Source of the DNA: Octopus bimaculoides
Lineage: Eukaryota
Assembly: GCF_001194135.2 (NCBI RefSeq)
Contig: NC_068997.1
Span: 37,570,075 to 37,634,074 of the forward strand
Length of the DNA stretch: 64,000 bases
Direction: 5' to 3'
Part shown: piece by piece, positions 51,880-64,000 of the stretch
How the letters are laid out: each line of letters begins with the position of its first letter
Numbering within the stretch: position 1 is the first letter of the stretch
The notes under the pieces: model-generated
Told to the model about the DNA's origin: nothing
Databases searched by the model: none
What the model saw: the letters and a program-made list of their open reading frames with translations, nothing else
Translations under genes and position numbers: made by a program

Positions 51880-52360
51880 CAGTTAAAAATAAGGCCACTA
51901 ACTTGGCTACACATGTTTGGTCTGAAGATCAAATGCACATCATATACAATCAAATAGAGAATTGTGGAAATTTTTACACATATGTAAATGGGTCAAAGAA
52001 ATGTCAGTTATGTGTAGTAGAAAGATGGCACATTCTTTTTAGGTCCAAGAATTCTACCATATTACTTAATTCCAGATCCAGAATTTTTAGCAAATGCAAG
52101 AACATGGGCTGGTTTCTTTCATTGAACTGGTGGACAGCACAGACTCTGACCTCCTTTCTGTTATATTATTCTGCACCAGCTACATTAATTATAGTTTCTA
52201 TTACCAAGGATATTGGTTTTCTTCCTTCTTGTTTCACTTTCTGCATCAACCTTCTTTGTGTTTTTTCTCATGTTTTCTCATAGTCCAGTGTTCTGTTTTA
52301 TAAAAATACAACCAATGTCATGAACTAAGCCTGAAAGATTGCATGGAGATGCATGGTATG
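51880..52360 (+). mobile_element. Penelope-like element, 3' end
   Basis: YVNGSKKCQLCVVERWHIL...LLNSRSRIFSKCKN matches the Cys-containing tail that follows the GIY-YIG domain in PLEs. Confidence 0.7.
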
Positions 52361-52879
52361 TTTATACATCTGTCAATTTAATGTATCTTAATGCTTGAAA
52401 CTAATAGTATCTCTTTTGTAACTGTGTGTGTGTGTAGATATATATTGTGACAGAAAATTTTTGAAAGGATTATTACAAAAGAGATTTGAAGAAGTATCCT
52501 ATTAAAAAGGGATGTGTACAAAAACTACTGAGAGAAAAGCTATTTTCTCTCAGATAGAAAGTGTTGATGAGGTGCAATAGAGATAGTAAAGTTCCCAGTT
52601 ATGTTAGAAAGTGAAAACGAATGCAATCCAAAGTTGCAAGAAATACAGGAATGGTTACCAATTGGGAGGTTCGCAAGAAGAAATTGAGTAAAGTAATTCA
52701 ATTAGTATGTATTGTATACCAGAAGCAAAACCACATGTAGGTTGGTGCAAGAAGATATTGTAACAGGAATTTTGGAGAGAGAGAGAGAGAGAGAGAGAGA
52801 GCAACAGAAGTAGGAGAGCGAAGCAAGGGAAGATACTATACAGTTCATTAGCATGTGATAAATGTATGTGTGTGTGTGA

Positions 52880-54190
52880 GAAAGCATGAAGTATGGTCAG
52901 AAGTCAGGCAAAAAGAGAGCAGTGGGTGGTTGGAGGGTGAGTATGGGTGAAAGTAGGTGGGCGATTGTGGCTGCGCATTCCAGTGTAGGTGTGTAAATAA
53001 TAGAGCGTATAGTGTAAGGGGTGGAGTGTAGGTGTGGGTATATGTGTGGGGTGTGATGTAAGGCGAGGATGCTGGAGTAGTGGTGTGAGTATATATATAT
53101 GTGTGTATGAGAGTTTGGGGAAGGAGGAATGTTGGGAAGTATGTGCGTGTAAGGGGTTATGTGTGTTATGAGAGAGGTAAGAGGTGTGAGTGGGGATGTG
53201 TACTGATGTATATGGGGGAAATTAAGGGGAAGAAAGCTGGAGAGGAAGGGGGTGCATGTGAAGTGGGCAGTGAGAGGTGGTATATGTGGGGGAGAAGGAG
53301 GGTTGGTGGGGTGTAGGAAGGATGTGAAAGTGCAGTAGAGGGCAGAGAAGTGTGATTGGGAGAAGTGTGGGAAAGGTGAGTGGGGGTACGCGAGTGTGAG
53401 GCGTGATGACAGAGCAGCAGGTGGCAAGGAAGCGAAAAGCAAAGGAGCTGGAAGAAGATAAAAAAGTTAAGAGAAATTGGGATGGAGCTGAGGACTACAA
53501 GTTTGATGAGAAAAAATAATGAGCTTCTGATCCTCCTGGCGGAAGAGCTAGGGATGATGGCCAAGTTAAGTACTGTGAGAGATCGAGTGGAGTGGCTGTC
53601 GTAGCGGAGATATCTATGCAGGCGATCTGCTGCCCAGTCTGGTATCTTTGAAATGCTCCACAAATCTATCAGACTGACGTAGGCCCGTTTGCCTAATGTA
53701 GAAGAGGTCAGGGTGAATAATGGGGGTGCGAAGACGATATTGGTGGAGGTACAACCGCAGGAGCGTGGAAGGTGATGTTGTTGGGTCCGGTAGGATATGA
53801 TGTGGAAGATGTAGTTGTTGGTAAGGAAGATGGTAAGGAGTTGTTAAGGAAGATGGTATAAGAAATGAAAGGGCAGGTGTGACAGCGGGAGCTGAGACGA
53901 GAAGGTGGAACCCGGGATTGGGGTGGTAGAAAGAGAAAAAGAATAGTGGGCGAGAAGTTACAGGGACATCTGAAGGAGGGGATGGGTGTGAGGGTGAAGA
54001 AACAGGAAGTGGCAGGGTCAAATTGAAGGCGGTGGAAAAGATGGGCAGAGTGGTGGGTAGTAGGTGAGGGGAAAGGGAATGTAATATGTGGAGCGTCGGG
54101 ACGCGAGGTGTAAGGGATGAAGTGTGATCAACATTACGGGCGCTGGAAAGAGTGCATAAGGACGGGAGGGTAACAACGACGTGCGTAGCA
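52880..54190 (-). mobile_element. Penelope-like element, GIY-YIG region plus long CT-rich 3' tail
   Basis: FTCTSTNIV, LFYIRQTG..SDRFVEHFKDTRLG, HSTRSLTVL..RRIR..FLIKL. Related purine-rich tracts at about 48930-49450 and 59540-59940. Confidence 0.72.
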
Positions 54191-54227
54191 ATTTATGCGG
54201 ATTTGGAGGAGACTACATTATGTACAT

Positions 54228-57200
54228 TAGGATTATGAATTTTTCACAGCCTAAGAACCCTATACTGTAATTTGATGAATAATTTCAGGAAACTATCATT
54301 TGTTTTGCTTTATTTGAAAAGAAAAAACGTGAACCCCAACTCAAGAAATCGATCACCACTTTTGACCCAAATCATACAAAATTGTAGTGGGGTTCATAAT
54401 GCTTGTTCAAGTATATCAGAAATTTCAGATTTCTAGTTTGAAGTAGTTTCGGAGTTATTGGCTTTAAAATTATAATCACAAGGTTGCACTAGATTCACAC
54501 TTCAGTATACGCTAAATCCTTGTAAATTTGCCTAAATCCTTGTAAACGCAAGAGAGATGTGGAATAAAAGTGTATTTATACATTTTTAAGATTACTGAAT
54601 TGAAATTTTTGTGTGCAAAGATTCAAACCTCGGTTATTTTAAGACATAAAATTAAAAGCAATACATATTTTAACTGTATAGGTTTAATTCCAATTTTAAA
54701 TAACTAGATAAGAAAAAGAGTGCTGAATGTTAGCAATTTTTAAAACATAACAAAGAATTAATGTTTTGTTAGATAAAATAAATCGAAGCTGAAGTTTCTC
54801 CTTCTCTTTACAAACATCATTAAAATCTTGAAGGCACTTGATTGCCCGTTCTGCACTCTGATTTGTTTTGGGAATTTCTAGTTTTGATGGTTCTCAACTC
54901 CAAAGGCTTTTTTACATAGTTCAATGCTAATTTTATGAACTTGCAGGCTACCACGTAACTTCTGATAATCATGTGCATTGAACATTTGGTCAGTAAACCA
55001 AAAATCGGCCCAGCTGTAAGAGATGAATCGACAAACATTGAGAAGCAAAACTCTTTTCTCTAGTAGAAGAATAAATGCCATAGGAGCTAGTATTGCTTGA
55101 GAATTCCATCTTGCATTACTTGAGTTGGGTATTTTTTGAAACTTTATAGAAGAGAATTTTCCGGTTTTTTCAAAGAAACGAAAAGGTTTGGTCGAATGAA
55201 ATAGAAATTTCATGTCATCTCGCCATCCTGCTGATTCAGTAATTATTTCTTCACCATTGTTGAAAAATAGCCTGGAGTTTCTCGTAATTACTTAGAAGCT
55301 CTGGGATGAATGTATGTTCAATATTGGGAGTTGACTTTTTTCTCCAAGTTCATTATCCATTACAACACGAAGAACTGTATGATACTGACAACCAATAAAT
55401 TACGGTTCTTTCAAACCCTTTTGAGCAAACAGTCTTTGCAACTGAATGACAATGCCATTTCTTTTCCCAATGTTCACACTCGTTTTATCAGCGACAATCA
55501 TCTTTACACAGTTCCATAAATTGTATTCCTCTAAAACAGCTGTTATTCCTTTCACAACAGTATCGGCTTTTCCCTTTGGTAATTGGAGTGCTTCTAACTT
55601 AACTACTCTCTGTTCATTCTTTAAAGCTAGCGCTTGGTGTTCTTGGTCATCAATACGTTTACCATCAAAATGCAATGACCTGTTTTCTAAATATAGTGTT
55701 TTCTTCATTGTCTCTTTTAGTTTAATAGCTTCTTTGATAGTCGTTCTGTAAATACCAGATTAGGAAGGAGTCTCAACATTGATTCTATCTTGAGATAATT
55801 GTCGTCAAACTGTTGCTGCTTTTTGGGTTGATAGCTTAGAAGATATTACTAAACTGGTTGCAGTTCCTGTTTTAGTATACTTCCTCCTTGTTTGTGTGGA
55901 TCCTTCTTCTGATTTTTCGGACTCTTGATATTCACTTTCAGTCTCTGCTTCAGACGTTGACGATGATACTGGAGTTGCTCTGGTTGAAGTTGGCATTAAG
56001 GACACTTTTCTTCTTTTGGATGGATGGATAGTTTTGGAACAGGCTGCCTTTCCAGTTCCATACCCAACCTGTCCCCTGCTTTCAATTTGAAGATAATATA
56101 ACCTTCTATCCTCACAACACAGCCATTCAGCGTTTTCTTTTGTGATGTCAAAAATTCCTTTCAATGAATCGTATTTTCCCCAATTTACACATTTTCTGCT
56201 TTACACTTTTTCTACTTTTGCTTAATCCTTTACTCCTTTACTTGTTTCAGTCATTTGACTGCGGCCATGCTGGAGCATCACATTTAGTCGAGCAAATCGA
56301 CCTCAGAGCTTATTCTTTGTAAGCCTAGTACTTATTCTATCGGTATCTCATACCAAACCGCTAAGTTACGGGGACGTAAACACAGCAGCATCGGTTGTCA
56401 AGCGATGCTGGGGGACAAACACAGATACGTAAACATATACACACGCACACAAACACACACACACACACACACGCACACATATATATACATATACGACGGA
56501 CTTCTTCCAGTTTCCATCTACCGAATCCACTTACAGGGCTTTGGTAGGCCCGAGGCTATAGTAGAAGACACTCGCCCAAAGTGCCACGCAGTGGGACTGA
56601 ACCCAGGACATGTGGTTGGGAAGCAAGCTACTTAACACACAGTCACGGGAAATTTAATTTCTTTTGCCATTAAAAAGTTACTTCTTTCGAAATTTCCTTT
56701 GTTCTTTCTTTCTTTCCTTTGATGGTACCTTCAAGGAACATGTAGCGACCGACAATTCGAAGTTTCATTGGTATCCTACAGTTGTTTTCCAAAAATGCTC
56801 TTCTAGAGGAACAAGTCTTCTTTTCCTATGTGAGTCTTGAAATTGCACGAGATTCTTCGTCCAGATTTTTTTTGTTTCTTTGAGTGACACAAGCACTTCT
56901 CTTTTGAGACATTATTTTAGATACTCTAGTTGGATAAGCCTGCTATTCTAAAAAACAGTTAATATAGTCAGAGGTTTTAGCGTCACAAAAATAAAAATGA
57001 GAGGAAAAGGATATTTCCTAAAGTAGGGCCTAAGTGGTAACAAATTAAAAACTCTATAACTCCTAAACTACTTAATTTCAGATATACTGCTTCTGCATTG
57101 CATTAAGTTAGCACACCAAGTTTGGTAAAAACTTGAGTAGGCGTTATGAACCCCACTAGAATTTTGCATGATTTGGGTCATAAGTTGTATTAGATTTCTT

Positions 57201-57308
57201 CAGTTGGGGTGACGTTTTTTTTTTTAAAGCTTAAAATAAAGGTTATTTTCCCTACTTTAGATAGGGGAAATTGTTTACTTCCAAACAAATCAATAAGTCA
57301 TAAGCCTA
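54228..57308 (-). mobile_element. hAT-superfamily (hATm-like) DNA transposon, complete but with a disrupted transposase
   Basis: Termini TAGG...CCTA; 8-bp TSD atgtacat (54220-54227) / atatacat (57309-57316), 7/8 identical; long imperfect subterminal inverted repeats. Transposase about 54820-56850 with SLHFDGK, IVADKTSVNIGKRNG and IGCQYH; several stops. Confidence 0.82.
56228..56648 (-). mobile_element. Young full-length SINE inserted in the hAT transposase ORF
   Basis: Complete head-to-tail copy with many CpGs, interrupting the transposase 5' region. Confidence 0.88.
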
Positions 57309-57379
57309 ATATACATATATTACCGAACTAGGTCCAGAGCCTGCATATGTTGTTGTATGTAAATGTGTGTTTGTGTGTG

Positions 57380-57428
<49 letters not shown>

Positions 57429-57433
<5 letters not shown>

Positions 57434-58714
57434 AAGGGAAGTCAAAATTATCTACAATTTCCTTAAGACTTTCTTTACGTTGGCTGCCTTCAGCGCTTGC
57501 ATGCTAAAAGGTGGTATTCTTGTGGCTATATAACCGAGGTTTGACCTTCATCGCTGCAGTTTTCTTTTTGTGTGACAGAGTAAACATGGCCGCTTCGCTG
57601 GCAGTGTGCACTAGAGATGAACAGAGATCAGTAATCTGATTTCTCTCGCATGAAGCTGTGTCAGGCGCTGAAATTCATCGCAGGCTTTCACTACAATACA
57701 GAGACAGCACTGTACTGTGTATAAGTCAGTATGAGAGAAGTTTAAAAATGACCGAACAAGTGTGAAACACGAAAAGGGGAGAGGAGGGCCCATCAACCTA
57801 TACTACAGACGAAGATTCAAGAAGCTCGCGAGATGGTTCTGGCGAATAGACGAATGACTATCGATGAGGTAGCATATTCTCTGCAAATTAATCATACGAA
57901 ATCATCCATGACAAGCTTCGCTTCCATAAAGTCTGTGCGAGATGGGTTCCAAGAGAGCTTACCGAAGCGCATAAGCACAATCGTGTGGAGATCTGGCAAC
58001 GTTTACCCAACTGCTACAATGATGAGGTTGAAGTTTCTATGGAGAGAATTGTCACAGGAGATGAGACTAAGGTCCATCGCTTTGAGCCATAATCCAAGAG
58101 GAAGAGTATAGAGTGAAAACACCTGGAGTCACCAGTGAAAAAGAAATTCAAGACTGAACCTTCTGCAGAAAAAGTGGCGTTAACAGATTTGGGGAACACA
58201 AAGGGGCTTAATCTGGAACATTATCTGGAAAAGAGGATAAAATCACCAGTGAAATGGCTTTAGTGGAATTCTGGCCAACAAAATGAAACCGGAAATTTTC
58301 ACCAAACGCTGAGGTCTGTTGTCAAAGCAAGTGTTATTTTTGCGCAAAAATGCACACTTGCATACGGCCGTTCACACCGTTGATACCATTTAAAAATTGG
58401 ATTTTGAGTTGCTGGAACACTCCACATACAGTCCAGATCTTGCCCCTTCTGACTATCACATCATTGGCCCGCTCAAACATCCTTTACGAGATCGTCGATT
58501 TGCTACGGACGAAGAAACGTAAGAAGCGGTGCATAAATGGCTGCTCGATCAACCGAAAATCTTTTCTGATGGAAAAAGCAAGCTTGTGGACCACTGGAAG
58601 AAGTGAATGGAAAAGCAAGGAGACTATGCCCGAAAATGATTCAATTGTTCAACCCCTGCTTTTGTTTTAATAAATTACAGATACAAAAGTGCGTACAATT
58701 TTTGACTTACCTTC

Positions 58715-58716
<2 letters not shown>
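57429..58716 (+). mobile_element. Full-length inactivated mariner element
   Basis: Imperfect TIRs (agggaagtcaaaattat / acaatttttgacttaccttcgta) embedded in (TG)/(TA) tracts. MAASLAVCTRDEQRSVI, IVTGDETKVH, HTPYSPDL-type segment SPDLAPSDYH; frameshifts and stops. Confidence 0.9.
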
Positions 58717-58769
<53 letters not shown>

Positions 58770-58971
58770 AAACGTTTTTATATGTGTACATATATGTATA
58801 TATATACATATACGTATGTATGTGTGCGAATGTGTATTTGTATGTGTGAGGATGTTTATATGTGAGTGTCTACGTTTACACATCTACACACACACACGTA
58901 CATAAGACGGTAGATAAACACAAGTAATCTTGAATATATTTACAAGGAGCACCAATAAACAAAAAAATTCG

Positions 58972-59042
58972 ATTGTTATATTTCGGGATGGTCATGGTTC
59001 TTTTTTTTTTGTTTTTGTTTGACCATCCCGAAATATAACAAT
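58972..59042. repeat. Perfect 23-bp inverted repeat with a 25-nt T-rich loop
   Basis: attgttatatttcgggatggtca (58972-58994) / tgaccatcccgaaatataacaat (59020-59042). Confidence 0.9.
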
Positions 59043-59209
59043 ATCTATTTCGACATACGAATCCACATTAGGAATCTTGCAAAACAAATACATAAACGTA
59101 AAAAGAATTCTGTAATAGTCTTATCTTAACAGCTGTTTCTAGTGAACCATGGTTTATACCATAATCACAGCTATTACATAATAAAGATCTATATAATATT
59201 CTTTTTTAC

Positions 59210-59415
59210 TCTAGGTACAAGGCCTGAAATTTTGAGGGAGGGGGCCAGTCGATTAGATCAACCCCATTGCATTACTAGTACTTATTTAATCGACCCCGAA
59301 AGGTTGAAAGGCAAAATCGACCTCGGCAGAATTTGAACTCTGAACGTAAAGACAGACGAAATACCGATAAGCAATTCTCCCGGCGTGCTAACGTTTCTGC
59401 CAGCTCGCAGCCTTA
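59210..59415 (-). mobile_element. Young tRNA-derived SINE, second family
   Basis: - strand gagctggcagaaacgttagcacgccggg...gttcagagttcaaattctgccgaggtcg with a B-box-like gagttcaaattc. Confidence 0.82.
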
Positions 59416-60044
59416 AAGATCCATAATATTGTAAGTGTATGGACTAAGTGTGTTCTTATAGATTCGTGTAGCAAAGTCGTGTTCGGCACCGACATTCAGA
59501 AGATTCCGGATGAAAGCATATTTCATAGCAGTTTACAAATATACAGGTTCAATGGGTGATATTGCATGAGGGTAGAAAGGTGGGATGGGAGTGAGAAAAA
59601 ACTTATAGGGAAGGGGGAGAGGTGTTAACTAAAGTGAAAGTAGTGGTATGGAGACATCAGTCGGCGGCAACGAGGAGAAAGAAAAAAAATAGTTATAAGG
59701 GTAGGGAGGTGACCAAAACAATTAGAGGTCTGTCAACTTGCAAACAATAAATGTTTGGCGGTTGGTAGTAAATAAACGTCAGTAGCATAAATGAGTAGAG
59801 ACTTAAGAAGAAAATATGAAACAATGGGGTGCAGATCAGTAAAATATAAGGGATGTAGGGCACGCTGGTAAGAAAGGGAGAAGAGTTAGAAGAGTAGTGC
59901 AGTTGTTAAGGGGCAAGAATTAAAAATAAAGAGTAGAAGGAAATTAGTGCGCGCGCGCGCGTGTGCATGTAAGTGTATGCAGATGTTTGGAGGCGAAACT
60001 CTACATGTGTACTTATACAGTTCTATATTTAGAAAGTTTATATG

Positions 60045-60475
60045 TATCTATTATCATTTATCCTTTATTTGTTTCAGTTGTTCGACTACGGCCATGCTGG
60101 GGCACCACCTTGAAGAATTTTTACTCGAATGTATCGACCCCAGAATTTATTTTCTTGAAGCCTGGTACTTATTCTATGGGTTTCTTAGGCCGAACCGCTA
60201 AGTTAAGGGGGCGTAAACACACCAGCACCGGTTGTCGAGCGGTGGGAGGGGACAAACACAGACTCAATGACGCATAAATACAGACACAGTGATGCACGCA
60301 CACACACAAGTATACGACGGGCTTCTTTCAGTTTCCGTCTACCAAATAATTTCGCAAGGCTTTGGTCGGCCTGGAGCTATAGTAGAAGACACTCAAGGTG
60401 TCACACTGTGGGACTGAACCCCGAACCATGTGGTTGGGAAGCAAGCTTCTTATCGCACAGCTACGCCTGCGCCTT
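60045..60475 (-). mobile_element. tRNA-derived SINE (dominant family)
   Basis: Collinear with 56228-56648. Confidence 0.85.
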
Positions 60476-60559
60476 TGGATGTGTAAATTTGCACGCATAT
60501 ATTCTTGTATATCCAAGACACATGAATATGCATCATACGGGATATAACCTATATAGACA

Positions 60560-60962
60560 TGTAGGATATAGGGCCACCATTATTGGGTAACCCTATCCCG
60601 TACAAATCAATTCTCTCCAATAAAAAGCGAACACGCTGGATAAATTGAATAACAGCATAACAAATATTTATTATGAGGTGTTCAGCCTACATCTCAGGTA
60701 ACGGAATTGCCAGGTCGCCCTTTATGGTTGGGGTGAAGACGGTGTCGATGTTGGTTGACTAAGTCATTCTTCAGCCTCCGAAGAAGTTTGCTTGACTCAA
60801 AGGTAGAGTTGCGGAGCGGCTCTTAGTGGTCCGGTGTCTTCGAACATCCAGCGCTAAGAGGTCCAGAAAAGGCGGGAACGCTTTGATATAGGTTGAAAAC
60901 GCATGCGCATGAGGGACTTCCTGCATGCCTTCCGGAAGACATGTCCCTGCGACTGGTATTAG
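60560..60962 (-). mobile_element. Probable 3' LTR of the Gypsy element
   Basis: On the - strand it follows a polypurine tract gagggggag (60964-60972), contains a TATA-like cctatatca (about 60888) and AATAAA (60667-60672), and ends ...cctACA at 60560. The expected TG start is not clean and no second LTR is present to confirm it. Confidence 0.5.
60884..60938 (-). promoter_or_regulatory. Motif cluster in the putative LTR U3: NRF1-like, two ETS-type sites and a TATA-like box
   Basis: cgcatgcgca at 60900-60909, caggaagtc (- strand) at 60915-60923, palindromic cttccggaag at 60929-60938, upstream of the TATA-like box in the - direction; motif matches only. Confidence 0.35.
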
Positions 60963-61420
60963 GCTCCCCCTCGAGTGCGGAAGCACGAAAATAGAAAAAA
61001 TTAGAGTGGCGCCCGAGGCAAGATGGCTACCGAAAACACCCTCAAGATTTGGCAAAAAGATACACAAAGCCAAAAAATGACTGTACATGCACGCAAAGGA
61101 AAAATGTACGTATGCACTGGAATACTATACTCAATATGCAATTTAAAAGAAATGTGTTACACAGAACACGAAAAAAAACCCCAACAAAATTGCAACGCAA
61201 TGCACAGGAAAGCAATATTCCAGTGGCAGAAGTCAAGTTCAGCTTGGTAATTGTTGTTGGCTGTAAAAAAATTGCTTACATCACTGCATTTCCTTTATTA
61301 CTTGTGATTGGTGCAGTGACGCAAGAAATTTCCATGAGTGTTCAGCAGTAATAGGGAAAAACACAATTTGAGCCTTTTTTTACAAAAGGAATGCTGAAAA
61401 TGCAATAAAATACAATGCAG

Positions 61421-62378
61421 TCAAATATAAATTGTCTTGGAGAGTTTCTTTGGCCAGTGCACTGTGCGGCCAGACCTAGTGACATAGGGTTCACTTGAGT
61501 TAGTTCGCCACGACGAAGGTGGAGTTGTCACAGGTGTATGTGTTGATGGTGTTGACAAAGGTGTGAGCGTTGGTGATGGTGTTGACGAAGGTGTATGCAA
61601 AGGTTGAAAGGCGGGCATGCCAGAATTTCTAACGAAAGATGTAGTTTTACCAAAATATGCTTTTTTCAGACGGTCGACAGACACAGTCTCGTACGACCAT
61701 TAGCGTCTGTTTTTAAAACAATTTGGGTGTGCGAGAGAGCACACGAAAGGGTCTTTTATAAGGAGTAACAAGGGGTCCTCTGACAGAATCATCCCTAACA
61801 AACACATGTGACCAAGAATCAATGTCTGATGGCACTTTAGAAGGTGGAGATTGTTGCCGGGGACCCATAGTAGGAAGGTTAGAAAAATAATCGCGTAATC
61901 GAGAAAAATAGGACGCTGGATTTGGAGGCTGTGATTTGTCTGGTACCAACATCATACCAGGCAATGTCAGTGTGGTACCATACAATAGTTCCGCTGAAGA
62001 AAAACCAAGGTCTGCTTTAACCGCAGTCCGGCATCCAAGTAGGACAACAGGAAGAGATTCAGTCCATGACTGCGGATTGGGCAAGGCGCGCAATGCGGCC
62101 TTTAGTTGCCTATGAAAACGCTCCACCATCCCATTAGAAGCGGGATGGTAGCTGGTGGTGCGTATACGATGCACCCCCTGGATTCGTGATAATTCACGAA
62201 ATAACGCAGCTTCAAATTGTCGACCACGATCTGTGGTCAAACTGGATGGTACACCGAACCTAGAAATCCAGCCGGACACGAAAGCTTGTGAAACAGTCTA
62301 AGAAGAAATATCTGCTATAGGAATGGCTTCTGGCCAGCGGGAGAAACGATCAACACAAATTAAGAGATATGTAACACG
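61421..62378 (-). mobile_element. Ty3/Gypsy integrase (5'-truncated, frameshifted)
   Basis: YLLICVDRFSRWPEAIP (D), LTTDRGRQFE (D), TSYHPASNGMVERFHRQLK (E), GPF-type PYKRPFRVL and C-terminal TRSGR. Confidence 0.92.
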
Positions 62379-62379
62379 A

Positions 62380-63931
62380 AGACAAACGTAACATTTGCAA
62401 CAAAACGAAGTAAACAACAAACCCAGACTGTAGGGATGTATAATAATGTGCAAAAAGCACCAATCCAGAACACCACAGACAAACAAAATGAGAAGGAAGG
62501 CGAAACAAATCAAAAACCAGGAAACAGTGAAGGGGAACCTAACGATTATGATACTATAAAAATGAGAATAATCAAAGAACTGAAAACCACAGATCTCAGA
62601 ATGGACCGCCGATTAAACCCCCCAAAAATCAAAATAGACAATAAAACAACATCAATAATAAATAGCATAAACCTGGCCATCACGGAACTAATAGCCACAG
62701 AAACAAATGGCAATATCACTGAGCTAAATGACATAATATATGCGGCAGCCACTGCAGCCACAAAAGAAGCAGGATACTCCCTCAAACCCATTCAAACACT
62801 TTAGCCGTCCCAATTATAAGTTACAGCTACAATATCCTTAACTGGACACTAAATGAACTAACCAAAGTAGACAGGAAAACAAGAAAAATAATGACAGGAT
62901 CTAGGATGCACCATCCAAAATCTAACATAGAAAGGCTATATATATACAACGTACAGAAGGTGGTAGAGGCCTTATTCAGCTGGAAACTATTAAGACTGCA
63001 AAAATACCTACTTCAGAAGCAAGGAAAACTAATATAACACAAATGAAATCCAAACTAAAACTAGAACAGCAATGGACCATGATAAAACGATGGCAAGAAA
63101 AGCCTCTTTATGGCAAATACTGGGTTAAACTAAATGCAAAAGAAATAGACAGAGAAAAATCCCAGCGATGGCTGAGAAGCTCAGCTCTCAAAGCAGAGAC
63201 TGAAGGATTTTTAATTGCTGCACAAGACCAAAGCCTCTCCACCAGAAATTACCAAAGACATATAATAAAAATAAACATAAGTAATTGCAGAAATGTGGCG
63301 ATGGACAAGAAACAATAAACCATATTATCTCTGGCTGCCCAGTCCTGGCTAAGAAGGAATATATTCACAGACACGATAGAGCTGGGACCTACATATACTG
63401 GAAGCTATGCCAACACTATGGAATAACAACTGAAAAAGATGGTATAGGCACACGCCAGAAAAGGTCACAGAAAACGAGAAAGCAACCATACTCTGGGATA
63501 TGCCAATACACACAGAGAAATTAAGGCCAATAGACCAGATATAGTTGTCAGAGATCATGAAGTAAAAACAATGCTTTATAATTGATGTATCAATACCAGC
63601 AGATGACAACGTTTCTCTAAAAGAAATGGAGAAACTTTCAAAATACAAAGACCTGGAAATAGAGGTAACTCGAACGTGAAATATAAAAACAGAAACAATT
63701 CCTATCATAGTAGGCAACATTAGGTATGATAAAAAAATACTCAGAAAAATACATAACAAAAACACCAGGACTTACAAGTATATATAACATACAGAAAATT
63801 GCACTACTGGGCAATGCAAAACACTTTCAATGCAGAAACCATAAGAGCATCACAGCAACTACAGCACATACCCAGGGCACACAGAGCTGCGCTCGGTAGT
63901 GAAGTGAAAGCATGCTATAAAAATAAAACTA

Positions 63932-63934
<3 letters not shown>
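62380..63934 (+). mobile_element. R4/Dong-clade non-LTR retrotransposon with an internal deletion of the RT core
   Basis: N-terminal ELNDIIYAAA segment joined at about 62805 to AVPIISYS...DRKTRKIMT...HHPKSNIERLY...GGRGL. Then KAETEGFLIAAQDQ, CCHC knuckle CRKCG...ETINHIISGC, RHD, RPDIV, IDV and KLSKY (restriction-like endonuclease). Confidence 0.85.

Positions 63935-64000
<66 letters not shown>
63935..64000 (+). repeat. (AAT)n tract, the 3' tail or target of the R4/Dong element
   Basis: Directly abuts the element 3' UTR and runs to the window edge. Confidence 0.9.

Noticed and set aside
52331-52357. Hammerhead remnant at the PLE 3' end (CTGAAAGA plus TGCAT-GGAG-ATGCA stem II)
   Set aside because: The GAAA core and cleavage triplet are missing, so at best it is a dead relic
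61023-61250. ORF MATENTLKIWQK... with a YY1-like caagatggc at the ATG, suggesting a host gene start
   Set aside because: It lies in the 3' untranslated part of the Gypsy element between integrase and PPT; no homology and no donor site

Overview
AT-rich, microsatellite- and transposon-dense animal genomic DNA with several assembly gaps. The SINE families and repeat landscape suggest a cephalopod (Octopus-like) genome; this is inference. The one host gene I can recognise is the 3' end of a poly(rC)-binding protein gene (PCBP/mub, KH-domain family) on the + strand, visible only as alternative terminal exons. One exon at 28913-29165 ends ...KKVERAKFAPY*, like vertebrate PCBP4, with a PY-NLS-type motif. 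Another at 30336-30372 encodes (R)ITTEVCGMGIR*, like vertebrate PCBP1/2/3. Weaker phase-compatible candidates lie at 21246, 28543, 30297 and 30308. I could not find the KH-coding exons, so they lie upstream of the window or in gaps. The rest is mostly TE debris: four Tc1/mariner copies, a hATm-type DNA transposon with TIRs and an 8-bp TSD, Penelope-like elements, RTE and CR1 LINE fragments, a Gypsy integrase with a probable 3' LTR, an internally deleted R4/Dong LINE, a Helentron-associated (HINE/DINE-1-like) element, many tRNA-derived SINEs and several long palindromes. A speculative small spliced gene lies on the - strand at about 43-52 kb. All comparisons to known proteins are from memory and need BLAST/HMM confirmation. 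TE coordinates are approximate unless termini are quoted.
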